A DNA stretch of 50,252 nucleotides, from assembly GCA_018716965.1 (NCBI GenBank), contig DVJF01000036.1, forward strand, positions 1 to 50,252, written 5' to 3'. Of this stretch, positions 11,801-19,054 are shown one piece after another; within the stretch, counting starts at the first letter, position 1; each line of letters opens with the position of its first letter. Origin of the DNA: Candidatus Caccenecus avistercoris. GTDB lineage: Bacteria > Bacillota_I > Bacilli_A > RF39 > UBA660. Under the pieces are notes generated by a model. The model was not told the origin of the DNA, searched no databases, and was given only the letters and a program-made list of their open reading frames with translations. Both the position numbers and the translations under genes were made by a program.

Positions 11801-11806
11801 AGATAG
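5882..11806 (+). CDS. Large ICE protein: ArdC-like N-terminal domain, DNA methylase and SNF2-family helicase (DarB-like)
   Basis: QVLIYAQKP..W...R.V.KG at the N-terminus; LEPSCGIGNF and IGNIPF (methylase); AHCVGAGKT, VDEAH, ATGTP, QREGRIIRQGN (helicase). Confidence 0.92.
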   Translation: MDYKSVYFIYEETLNSLCHDKNNWLQLLDCISNNYLYSFYEQVLIYAQKPTAQAVKEIGKWNDANRYVNKGTKGIALLAERNGYPYLKYVFDIADTNSKLKRKVNFWTIPFSFENDLISSLQFLNESNIPFSTLAEAIVSSSKVVSSLQDNDVLSSSTAYVILKRCNLNPEDYMDYNIFNSINRNDIVKLGVEISNNSKTLLYLIYQEIQNIKEKEIDKIYIFENNFKTLYDDNNERSNDYENDLQKSWQLPTTEHYSANSKESTRKILNNEVELSETEQSNIVSRNDDVGRTKPTFDRGSNYSGTKIGRIDTNSNGTREHYRRNETEKSNEVDTKNEPNKSDGRGNDTSRIDLQLNNNENGNSNSLFVSDKKQLSLFQDNGIVNSEETILSEKEIKDVTNYNFRLEQVEYNSLTDTEKFKNNIEAIKVLKICEKENRLASSEEQDVLSKYIGWGGLSRSFEENNVWSKELKDLLNEEEYNSAMESTLTSFYTSPMIIQAIYKVFLNANIKVGKILEPSCGIGNFFGLIPDEFQNSKIYGVEIDSISSRIAKKLYPNVNIINSGYEDTDFKNDFFDIVIGNIPFSDYKVNDKKYNNLNSFIHDYFFIKSLDKVKIGGIIAFITTKGTMDKENSDIRKYISQRANLLGAIRLPDNIFNNAGTRVTTDIIFLQKREFVEEVDSEWLYLDTDINGIKINKYYVEHPDMVCGNMVMETSRFGMRSACKINDSSSFEKQLNNAISKINIDLSNYRLEKDVEDDELNFLISSNLNIRNYSYVLNDDKICFYKNGNMYPQELKVDTQNRIKHLIEIRDCTRLLIDFQVNNYSDEDIKKLQKKLNTLYDKFVKKFGLINNRNNTSAFSDDSSFYLLCSLEVLDENKNFKRKADMFFKRTINPHISISHVDTAQEALALSISEKAHVDIQYMCELTNLDGEKITNDLIGQIFLVPSYDSIETWQTADEYLSGNVREKLKVAKSFAKINPKYEINVQYLQNVQPKDLEVSEISVRLGATWIPTDVIDEFLYDLLDTPQYRDINVKFDKYSSQWYIENKNRDRGNINSEEIYGTRRINAYYIIEDTLNLKNVKIYDYVVNSDGKKKAILNIDETSIAQAKQQEIKEKFVNWIWEDMDRRERLCKLYNEKFNNIRMREFDGSHIRFVGMNPEITLKEHQVNAVARILYSGNTLLAHCVGAGKTYTMVAAAMESKRIGLCHKSMFVVPNHLIEQFASEFLQLYPASNLLVSTKKDFEAKNRKIFTSKIATGDYDAVIISHSQFEKIPISIERQQQLLKKQIDDIIMGIAELKKSGGENFTIKQMVKTKKQLETKLKKLNDTSKKDDVICFEELGIDKLFVDEAHYFKNLFLYTKIHNVAGISQTDSQRASDLYMKCRYLDEVTHGKGIVFATGTPISNSMVELYTMQRYLQYPELEKRGLQNFDAWASTFGEIVNSIELSVEGKFRIKNRFSKFYNLPELINLFKEVADIQTADMLNLPTPKAVYKNVVTSPTPVQKELLQGLVDRAENIRHNKVDPRTDNMLKITLDGKKLSLDQRLLNDMLPDDENNKTSICANNIYQIWKEHENDKLTQLVFCDLSTPSNQFNVYDDLRNKLISMGIPKEDIEFIHNAQTDNDKRKLFLKVRNGEVRILFGSTQKMGAGTNCQDKLIAIHNIDCPWRPSDLQQREGRIIRQGNQNPEAYVYRYVTSETFDAYLYQTLENKQKFISQVMTSKVALRSMEDIDEVVLSYAEIKALATNNPEIIEKIDIVNQVSKLKLLKQSYLNQKYSIESRIAKFYPQQIDNLKIRQKGLEEDFKMLNNNEVSFDKMVINDITYYDNMKAGSKILELCKNFKNPLQFGSYKGFKIGLQFDSYHKVFVFTLSNQLTYRVNLGTDALGNITRINNVLSKISNEIILNQQNLDEAIKQLEIAKQEVQKPFQYEQELSDKLKRQQELNLSLSIGSSDNNICIDDNDEVELTDYKKVYER
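6603..6950 (+). CDS. tnpV: TnpV-family protein nested in the +1 frame of the helicase gene
   Basis: MKMTYRKVGNYQLPNITL..LGKY..MRLNYLK..HL.E...A..QMKWIQKMNQIKAMAEEMILHELIYN matches the TnpV pattern; SD GAAAGGAG 8 nt before ATG 6603. Confidence 0.85.
   Translation: MKMTYRKVGNYQLPNITLPTAKKVLGKYSIMRLNYLKQNNQTLYQEMMMSGELNPHLIEVQTTAEQKLEELIPILMEQENITEEMKQKNQMKWIQKMNQIKAMAEEMILHELIYN
6959..6985 (+). terminator. Putative terminator after nested tnpV, inside the helicase ORF
   Basis: GAGAAT-g-GC-aata-GC-a-ATTCTC then TTTTT. Confidence 0.5.
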
Positions 11807-11821
11807 AAAGGGTGTGATTAT

Positions 11822-12136
11822 GTGCGATACAAACAAAGTTTAGAGGAAAAATTGTATAAGAAGCTATTAAATGATTTCTCAATATTTTTAAAACAGATGT
11901 TGCAAAATTCAAAAGAATATATCATAAATCATTCCGGTGAAATTTATGAAAAAAGTATAATTGTTAGAATGTTTACCCCACCTTATCGAAATATCTCTGT
12001 TAATGTTCTTTTAAAGTTAATTGATGATGACAACTCTTTAGAAACATTGTATGAAGCATTACTATTTTATAGAGTTTCTAGCAGTTATCCTTACGATTAT
12101 ATACAAAATTTTATTATTAAAGAGGATAATATGTGA
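11822..12136 (+). CDS. ICE hypothetical protein (DUF3848-like)
   Basis: L..KL..KL..DF..F...ML...KE.II pattern; resembles the next ORF. Confidence 0.6.
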   Translation: MRYKQSLEEKLYKKLLNDFSIFLKQMLQNSKEYIINHSGEIYEKSIIVRMFTPPYRNISVNVLLKLIDDDNSLETLYEALLFYRVSSSYPYDYIQNFIIKEDNM

Positions 12137-12483
12137 TGAGGGTTAAAGAAGACTTAGAGCAAAAATTACGTTCTAAAGTAAAAACAGAATTTAATGATTT
12201 TTTAAACTATATAACTCAAAAGGATTCCAAAGAAGTTATTAATTTTTCCTATCAACTTGTAATTAAAGAATTAATACTTTATATGTTTGAGGATAATATA
12301 GAAACTTTTAAAACTAGAGAATTAAAAACTTTTTTAAATTATGATAATTTGTTAGATAGATTTTATGAAGATTGGAAAATACGTGATGGTACGTTAGAAC
12401 AAGACCTTATGGAGTCTTTATCTTATTCAATAGAAGAACTAATTGAAGCATCTGAAAAGAAAAAGAAAGTTCATGAAAGGTAG
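12133..12483 (+). CDS. DUF3848-like ICE protein
   Basis: KLRSKVKTEFNDF...SYQLVIKELI...LLDRFYEDW pattern; overlaps the upstream stop. Confidence 0.65.
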   Translation: MMRVKEDLEQKLRSKVKTEFNDFLNYITQKDSKEVINFSYQLVIKELILYMFEDNIETFKTRELKTFLNYDNLLDRFYEDWKIRDGTLEQDLMESLSYSIEELIEASEKKKKVHER

Positions 12484-13406
12484 TGATCGTTATTGCATAT
12501 TATTCAAAAGAAATAATTGAAAAAGTAAGGGCTTTAGATTTACTAACTTATCTCCAAAACTATGAACCTGATGAGCTAGTTAAAATATGCCGAGGTAATT
12601 ATAGTACTAAATCTCATGATAGCTTAAAAATTAGTAATGGGTTGTGGTATTGGTTTTCTAGGCAAGTTGGTGGTAAAAGTGCTTTAGATTATTTGATTAA
12701 AGTTAGAAATTACTCTTTTACCGAAGCGGTTGGTTATTTAATTAATAAACTAGATAATGTCGTTGTAAATAATCAAGAAAAGAGCATTAAGGACATTGAG
12801 TTACCTCCTCCTGCTTCTAATAATACTATTGCTATTAATTATCTTTTAAAAAGATGTATTTCTAAAAATGTCATTCAAAGTTGTATTGATAATAAATTAA
12901 TTTATCAAGATGTTAATAATAATGTAGTATTTTTAAGCTATGATAATAATGGTAACGCTTGTTATGCTATGATTAGAGCTACTAATCAAAGTCGTTATAT
13001 GAGAGAAGCTATTAATAGTAATAAGGCTTTTTCTTTTCGGCTAGTTGGTGATGAGAAAAATACTAATCTTCATCTTTTTGAAAGTTCTATTGATTTACTA
13101 TCTTTTGTTACTCTACTAGAGCTAGATAATAAAAATATAGAAGATCATTTTCTTTCTCTCGCTGGAGTTTATTCTAGCCAAAAAGAACAGTTACCTCTTT
13201 GTTTAAATTATTATCTGAATCAACATACTAATATAACAACAATATATCTTCATTTAGATAATGACGAAGTTGGTAGAAGAGCTACTAATGATTTAATTTT
13301 AAAATTATCTAAATATTATAATGTCATTGATGTTCCTCCAGCATATGGTAAAGATGTCAATGATTTTTTGTGTAGTAAATTTAAAGAAAAAGAAAGAGAA
13401 AGGTGA
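12483..13406 (+). CDS. ICE primase-like protein (DUF3991 + Toprim); start may be ATT at 12492
   Basis: DLLTYL..YEP, HDSLKIS, WYWFSR..GG..ALDYL, FESSIDLLS, LDNDEVG, KDVND. Confidence 0.88.
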   Translation: MIVIAYYSKEIIEKVRALDLLTYLQNYEPDELVKICRGNYSTKSHDSLKISNGLWYWFSRQVGGKSALDYLIKVRNYSFTEAVGYLINKLDNVVVNNQEKSIKDIELPPPASNNTIAINYLLKRCISKNVIQSCIDNKLIYQDVNNNVVFLSYDNNGNACYAMIRATNQSRYMREAINSNKAFSFRLVGDEKNTNLHLFESSIDLLSFVTLLELDNKNIEDHFLSLAGVYSSQKEQLPLCLNYYLNQHTNITTIYLHLDNDEVGRRATNDLILKLSKYYNVIDVPPAYGKDVNDFLCSKFKEKERER

Positions 13407-13410
13407 TTAT

Positions 13411-13845
13411 ATGAGTATTAATTATAAAATGTTAAGTAGTATTTTATTAAAAAAGAGAGAGTTTATGAAATTATCTATTGAAGAATTATCTGTGTTATCA
13501 AAGGTTTCCAAGAAAGAAATTAATAAATTAGAAAATTCTAATGCAGGCAATATAAATTTAAGTAATTTAAAAAAAATATGTGAGGTATTAAAGATTGATT
13601 TTGAGAGTTTATTATCAATTATTAAAATTCCAAACAAAATGTTTGAAGTTACTGCTATGAGGACAAATAGAATTATATTTAAAGTTCAAGCTAGAAATGA
13701 AGAAGAAGCTATAAACGTTATAGAAAATTTTGTTTTTCGGTTTGGTTTATTTGACTTAAAAGATTTGAAAAATGCAACCCAGTTATATGAATTTAATGCT
13801 TTAGATATTAGTGAATCTACTCATAATATTTTCGCTAAGCCTTAA
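13411..13845 (+). CDS. XRE-family HTH protein with DpnD/PcfM-like C-terminal segment
   Basis: KREFMKLSIEELS...INKLEN...LKKICEVL; SD GAAAGGTGA before ATG 13411. Confidence 0.75.
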   Translation: MSINYKMLSSILLKKREFMKLSIEELSVLSKVSKKEINKLENSNAGNINLSNLKKICEVLKIDFESLLSIIKIPNKMFEVTAMRTNRIIFKVQARNEEEAINVIENFVFRFGLFDLKDLKNATQLYEFNALDISESTHNIFAKP

Positions 13846-13859
13846 TAGTAGCACTAGTA

Positions 13860-13930
13860 TTTTGTATTAGCAAGCACTGAATATTTACTCCCATAAATAT
13901 TCTTCAAGGGATTTTACTCCCCTATCCCCT
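13860..13930 (-). other. Putative oriT (MOBP type)
   Basis: 9-bp inverted repeat GAATATTTA/TAAATATTC (13879-13902) next to minus-strand GTGCTTGCTAA (13867-13877), immediately upstream of mobC. Confidence 0.7.
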
Positions 13931-13945
13931 ATTGAAAGGAGTGTT

Positions 13946-14278
13946 ATGAGAACAAGAAATATTAAAAAGCAATTTTGGCTTAATGATGAAGAAAATCAAA
14001 AGTTAAGAAAGAAGGCAAGAGTTACTGGTTTAAGTGAAGCTGATTTGTTAAGATTTTTGATAAACGATTTTCTTCCTAAAGAAAAGCCTTCCCAAGAATT
14101 TTATGAAGCAATAAAACAACTACGAGCTATTGGTAATAATCTTAATCAAATTGCAAAAAAAGCGAATTCTTTAAATCTTATTAATGAAGAGTATTATATG
14201 ATTGAAACAGATAAGCTAAATCAATTTATTGTTCAAATAAAAGCAAAATATTTACTTCCTGAAAAAAGGAAAAAATAA
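13946..14278 (+). CDS. mobC: Relaxosome accessory protein MobC
   Basis: RHH-type N-terminus and LRAIGNNLNQIAK signature. Confidence 0.93.
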   Translation: MRTRNIKKQFWLNDEENQKLRKKARVTGLSEADLLRFLINDFLPKEKPSQEFYEAIKQLRAIGNNLNQIAKKANSLNLINEEYYMIETDKLNQFIVQIKAKYLLPEKRKK

Positions 14279-14373
14279 TTTTTTGCTTTTTCTATGCGAA
14301 TTCATTATTTTGGTTACAAAAAACTTCATATTATACGATGTATGTATAATACATACTAGAAGGAGGTGAAAAC

Positions 14374-15195
14374 ATGGCAAGTAGAGTTTTACCTAATAGC
14401 CAAAATAGAATTACTCAAGCATATAGTTCTAGCCATTTAGCGGTAGATTTAGGTTGGGTTACTAATGAAAGTGAGAACATTGTAAAAGCTCATAGTTCAG
14501 GTACTATAATTGAATTGGTAGATGGAAAGAATAATAACCAAGGTTCTACTGGAGTAGAAGCATGGGGAAATTATATTTTAATAGATCATGGTAATGGTTT
14601 TAAAACTCGTTATGCTCATTTAGAAAAGAATACGTTTTTAGTATCTAAGGGACAAACAGTAAGTCAAGATACTCCATTAGCTACTATGGGTAATAGTGGA
14701 AATTCTTATGGTAGACATCTTCATTTTGAAGTTTATGAAAATAATGGTAGAATAGATCCAACTCCATATTTAACTCAAGGCTTCGATCCTATTCCATCAC
14801 TTAAATATAAAGTTCATGATGCCACACATGGTTGGTTAAGTTGGATACCTATCGAGTTTAATCCAGGTACTTCTAGTAATGAATTTGCTGGTTGGGCAGG
14901 ATATGCGATCGATGCTGTTCAAATATATAAGTATACGTATAGAGTTCATGATAAAGTTACTGGGAAATGGTTGTATTGGAATATAGGTGCAGGTGACAAC
15001 AATTATGCTGGAGTAATAGGACATCCAATAGATGGTTTACAAGTGCAAGGCTTGGATTATAGAGTACATCTTAAAGGCGGAGGATGGCTAAATTGGATTA
15101 CAACAGTTAATGATACTAGTATGGGTTATGCTGGAATTTTTGGACGAGAAATAGATAGAATCCAATTAAGATATAAAGGACCCATTGAAGTATAA
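14374..15195 (+). CDS. M23 peptidase with three Trp-rich C-terminal repeats; no signal peptide
   Basis: HLAVD, YAHL, HLHFEV motifs; repeats YxVH....WL.W....AG..G..ID..Q. Confidence 0.9.
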   Translation: MASRVLPNSQNRITQAYSSSHLAVDLGWVTNESENIVKAHSSGTIIELVDGKNNNQGSTGVEAWGNYILIDHGNGFKTRYAHLEKNTFLVSKGQTVSQDTPLATMGNSGNSYGRHLHFEVYENNGRIDPTPYLTQGFDPIPSLKYKVHDATHGWLSWIPIEFNPGTSSNEFAGWAGYAIDAVQIYKYTYRVHDKVTGKWLYWNIGAGDNNYAGVIGHPIDGLQVQGLDYRVHLKGGGWLNWITTVNDTSMGYAGIFGREIDRIQLRYKGPIEV

Positions 15196-15207
15196 TTTTT
15201 TTATGTT

Positions 15208-15234
15208 AGAGTTGCTTTGATAAGCAACTCTTTA
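15208..15234 (+). terminator. Intrinsic terminator
   Basis: AGAGTTGCTT-tgat-AAGCAACTCT perfect 10-bp stem. Confidence 0.75.
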
Positions 15235-15301
15235 TAAATATATTTACTTGTTAAATAAAGTATAGTATAATCAATTTATAAATATACTGGAGTGTATAAA
15301 A

Positions 15302-15988
15302 ATGAAGAAATTATTATTATGTATGATTATTTTATTAATTACTGGTTGTGGTAATTCATCGATAGAACTAGATATTAATTCTGAAAAAGTACAATCGTTA
15401 TATGAAATGGCAACGCCTATAGAAGATGCCACTATATTGAAAAATCTTTATGAAAATCCCAATACATTTGAAAATCAGTATATATTATCTATATCGATCA
15501 ATAATTATCTTAATGAACAAAATGAGTTTATTGAATCTATCTCAAAAGATATTGTAGAAGAATATATTTATAAAATTTTTGGAGACGATATTTCTTTTAG
15601 ACACGAAAAAGTTTATGTTCTTTCTGGTGATTATTGTGGGTTTGATTATAATGAAGAACTACATCAATATGAATTCTTGCATGGTTGTGGTGGGAATATG
15701 AATGAAAAATTTTATCGTAAAATAATCAGTGCAACAGAAGAGGATGATAAAATTATAATTCTAGAAAAGTCTTTATATGTTTATTACAATTTTGATTCAG
15801 AAATTTCTCATATTACAATCTATAATAATATAATTGATAAAAATATTATTTCAGAATATAATTCAGATTCAAGTAATGAATTAAATATTGATATAGAAGA
15901 TTATATTGATAGTGCTAGTACTTATCAATATGTGTTTAAAAAAATTGATGATCGTTATGTTTTTGATAGTTTTAATCTTTTAGATTAG
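15302..15988 (+). CDS. Acidic lipoprotein of unknown function
   Basis: MKKLLLCMIILLITGC lipobox; SD GGAGTG. Confidence 0.85.
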   Translation: MKKLLLCMIILLITGCGNSSIELDINSEKVQSLYEMATPIEDATILKNLYENPNTFENQYILSISINNYLNEQNEFIESISKDIVEEYIYKIFGDDISFRHEKVYVLSGDYCGFDYNEELHQYEFLHGCGGNMNEKFYRKIISATEEDDKIIILEKSLYVYYNFDSEISHITIYNNIIDKNIISEYNSDSSNELNIDIEDYIDSASTYQYVFKKIDDRYVFDSFNLLD

Positions 15989-15996
15989 TAGTTGAT

Positions 15997-16024
15997 GAAC
16001 TGTGTTTTTACAGTTCTTTTTTTT
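15997..16024 (+). terminator. Intrinsic terminator immediately before the relaxase SD
   Basis: GAACTGT-gttttt-ACAGTTC followed by 8 T. Confidence 0.7.
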
Positions 16025-16040
16025 GAGAGGAGTGAGAAAT

Positions 16041-17315
16041 ATTGCTACAACTGGAATATGGAAGGTAACTACTAGATTAGATAATGTTCTTGCATATATC
16101 ATAGATAGTAAAAAAACAAGTGTTACTGATGAAATGGTACATCAATTGCATAGTGTTGATAAAATGAATGATTTAAGAGAAACTAATTGTTATGTAACTG
16201 GTATAAATTGTAACCCTGAAATTGCATATGAAGAAATGATGATGACTAAACAACAATTTAATAAGAATAGTGGAATATTAGGCTTTCATGCTTTTCAATC
16301 ATTTGAAAAAAATGAAGTTTCTGCTGAACAAGCTCATGAAATCGGGGTTAAGTTAGCAAAAGAAATGTGGGGTGATCGTTTTGAGGTAGTAGTTAGTACC
16401 CACTTAAATACAAACCATTATCATAATCATTTTCTTATCAATTCTGTTAGTTTTGTTGATGGTAAAAAGTACTATGATAATAGAGTTAATTATGCAAGAA
16501 TACGTGAATTATCAGATTCTTTATGCGAAGAATACAATCTTAGTGTTTTAAAAGAAAAGAAATGTAAAAGAAGTAATATAAATTATAGAAATTATTACAA
16601 TAAGTACGTAAATAGTAACAATTATTATTCTGTTGCCAAAGAAGATGTAGATCGAGCTATCGTTTTATCCAATTCGTATCAAGAATTTGAAAGTCTTATG
16701 AGAATCATGAATTATGATATTATTTATCGTAATACTGATACTATTAGTATTAGACATAAAGATTTTAATAAAAATATTAGATTATCAAGAAGTTTTGGTA
16801 AAGATTATACTATTTCTAAAATAAAAGAACGAATTAAGTTGGAACATGATACCAAAATATCTTTTTTTAAAGAACGTAAATTTAATTATAAAAAATGTAA
16901 GGGATTAGCTGGGATTTATCTTTATTATTGTTATCTATTAGGTATGTTTTCTAATAAAAGACGAGTTTATAAAGTCCCCTATTCCTTACGTGCTGATGTT
17001 AAAGGAATGGATAGTATTTCTAAGCAAACAGAGTTGCTTGTAAGTAATAACATTGAAACTTATGAGCAACTTTTTTCATTTAGAAAAGATAAAGTTACTC
17101 AATTAAACAGTTTACTTACTGAAAGAACTAAGTTAAAGTCAAATAAGCTGGTTGGTACTAATGAAGATAAAATTGCATTTTTATCTTTACAAATAAAAAC
17201 ACTTCGTAACGATATTAAATTATGCGATAAAATTGAAGATAGAAGTATACAAATAAAATCTAATATAGAAGAGTATGAAAATGGAAAGGAAGTGGTAAAA
17301 AATGCCATCAGGTGA
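16041..17315 (+). CDS. MOBP-family relaxase; probable ATT start
   Basis: ATTGIW N-terminus, catalytic Tyr (LAYI), FHAFQSF, AHEIG, STHLNTNHYHNHF; SD GAGGAG 8 nt before ATT 16041. Confidence 0.92.
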   Translation: MATTGIWKVTTRLDNVLAYIIDSKKTSVTDEMVHQLHSVDKMNDLRETNCYVTGINCNPEIAYEEMMMTKQQFNKNSGILGFHAFQSFEKNEVSAEQAHEIGVKLAKEMWGDRFEVVVSTHLNTNHYHNHFLINSVSFVDGKKYYDNRVNYARIRELSDSLCEEYNLSVLKEKKCKRSNINYRNYYNKYVNSNNYYSVAKEDVDRAIVLSNSYQEFESLMRIMNYDIIYRNTDTISIRHKDFNKNIRLSRSFGKDYTISKIKERIKLEHDTKISFFKERKFNYKKCKGLAGIYLYYCYLLGMFSNKRRVYKVPYSLRADVKGMDSISKQTELLVSNNIETYEQLFSFRKDKVTQLNSLLTERTKLKSNKLVGTNEDKIAFLSLQIKTLRNDIKLCDKIEDRSIQIKSNIEEYENGKEVVKNAIR

Positions 17316-18027
17316 TGCAGCTGATGAAGTAGTAAGAATATATTTAGAAGTTTGTGAAGCAACTATACGTCTTACAGGTGCAGGTGCAAAGAATGTCGCC
17401 GCTCTATTATTAGCATCTTATCAAAATAAGGGTACTACTAAAGGTAAAACAACTCTTAATAAAATGCTTAAATCAAATAGTGCTTTAAAAGTTTTTACAA
17501 TAAAGAAAAATGATTTAAAAACTTTTCAACAACAAGCAAAGAGGTATGGAGTTTTATTTACTGCTCTTATTGATCGTAATAATAAAAATTATGATGGGAT
17601 GGTTGATATTTTGGTTCGGGCAGATGATGCTTCTAAAATTAATCGTATTGTAAAGCGATTTGATTTAGGTACGATTAATGAAACTGAAATTGAAAAAGAA
17701 ATTAATACCTCCCCTACTTTAAATGAAAAGCAAGCTAAAGAAGAAGTAAATAATAAAGTTAATAATACAATTAATGATGATATTTTAGATGATATTTTAT
17801 CAACTCCTAAAAAAGAGGTAAATACTTTAAACCCGAATTCGCTCGGAATGGAAAAAAGCCCTCCATTAGAGCATTCATCAAACAAAGTAATGGGTGAATC
17901 TGTTAAAGAGAAACTTGAAGTAATTAAGGTTGAACTTAATACAGATTTAAAAAAGAGGGAGTTACAACCTAATAATAAGAACTTTAATTCAAAGAAAAAG
18001 AAAAGAAAAAAGAAAAAGGAAAGGTGA
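17302..18027 (+). CDS. PcfB-family (DUF3801) protein
   Basis: SGDAADEVVR...G.GAKN, KGKT.L..ML, AKRYGVLF, DASKINRIVKRF. Confidence 0.85.
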   Translation: MPSGDAADEVVRIYLEVCEATIRLTGAGAKNVAALLLASYQNKGTTKGKTTLNKMLKSNSALKVFTIKKNDLKTFQQQAKRYGVLFTALIDRNNKNYDGMVDILVRADDASKINRIVKRFDLGTINETEIEKEINTSPTLNEKQAKEEVNNKVNNTINDDILDDILSTPKKEVNTLNPNSLGMEKSPPLEHSSNKVMGESVKEKLEVIKVELNTDLKKRELQPNNKNFNSKKKKRKKKKER

Positions 18028-18036
18028 TGAATTTTT

Positions 18037-18891
18037 ATGAATATTGAAGAAATTTTAGGTAATCAAAATAAACAAGAATATGATAAAGAAGCTTATGCTC
18101 AAAAGAAATTTGAAGAACGAATGAACTTAAATAAAATGATAGATGATATGGTTGATAAGATAAAATTAAACCCAGATGATTTTAAGAAATATTTAGATGT
18201 TCAAGTTCAATTCCCTAATTATTCGGTATCTAATGCCCTTTTAGTTACTGCTCAATTTCCTGAAGCCACACAATTAAAATCTTATGATAGTTGGCGAAAT
18301 GCAAGAGCTTACGTAAATAAAAAACCCACTTATGTGAATATTTTTGAGTATGGTGATACCTATACTCGTAAAGATGGTACTGTTGCCCCATCATATAATG
18401 TTAAAAAAATGATAGATGTTTCTCAAACATCTTTAAAACAAGTAAGAAAGGTATTTCAGAATTATGATGACAAAAATCTTTTGAAAGCTTTTCTAACTAA
18501 TTCAAGTGCCAATATTCAAGTTGTGGATAATTTAGAAGATTTGGTAAAATATAATAGATCCGAAAATATGTTATATATTTCAAGAACATCACCAGATACA
18601 AAACAGTTGTTCAATACTTTATCAAAAGAACTTGCTAAAATGATGTTTGAGCCATCACAAGATTATAGAATAGATGAATTAAAAGCTGATTGTGTTTCTT
18701 ATATGATTTGTAAAAGATATAACATAGATGTAGCCGATTATCAATTTAATAATGATGGATTAACTAATTTAGATACAAAAGATATAAAAACCGAGCTTAA
18801 TAGTATTAAAAGTGCTTATCAAGATATGGAAAGTTCTATGCAAATAAGTTTAGATTCTATATCAAAAAATTCTAAGGCATATGAAAGATAA
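18037..18891 (+). CDS. ArdC-like ssDNA-binding domain protein
   Basis: FKKYLD...F.NYSVSNALLV.AQ.P.AT.L.....W; C-terminal A..VSYMICKRY..D. Confidence 0.75.
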   Translation: MNIEEILGNQNKQEYDKEAYAQKKFEERMNLNKMIDDMVDKIKLNPDDFKKYLDVQVQFPNYSVSNALLVTAQFPEATQLKSYDSWRNARAYVNKKPTYVNIFEYGDTYTRKDGTVAPSYNVKKMIDVSQTSLKQVRKVFQNYDDKNLLKAFLTNSSANIQVVDNLEDLVKYNRSENMLYISRTSPDTKQLFNTLSKELAKMMFEPSQDYRIDELKADCVSYMICKRYNIDVADYQFNNDGLTNLDTKDIKTELNSIKSAYQDMESSMQISLDSISKNSKAYER

Positions 18892-19054
18892 GTTGTATTT
18901 AGATAAATATCAACTTGGTATTATTATTAATGCTTTAATGTTGTTCAGAAATGAATTAATTGAAAAAGGAGAAGATATTACTCCGATAAATGAACTGATT
19001 TTAAAGGCTCTTGATATAAATAAAAAAAGATTTTCTTGTAGGGGAATAAGATAA
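18881..19054 (+). CDS. 57-aa ICE protein coupled to virD4 (not in the ORF track)
   Basis: MKDKLYLDKYQLGIIINALMLFRNELIEKGEDITPINELILKALDINKKRFSCRGIR; fills the gap; TAATG overlap with the virD4 start. Confidence 0.75.
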   Translation: MKDKLYLDKYQLGIIINALMLFRNELIEKGEDITPINELILKALDINKKRFSCRGIR

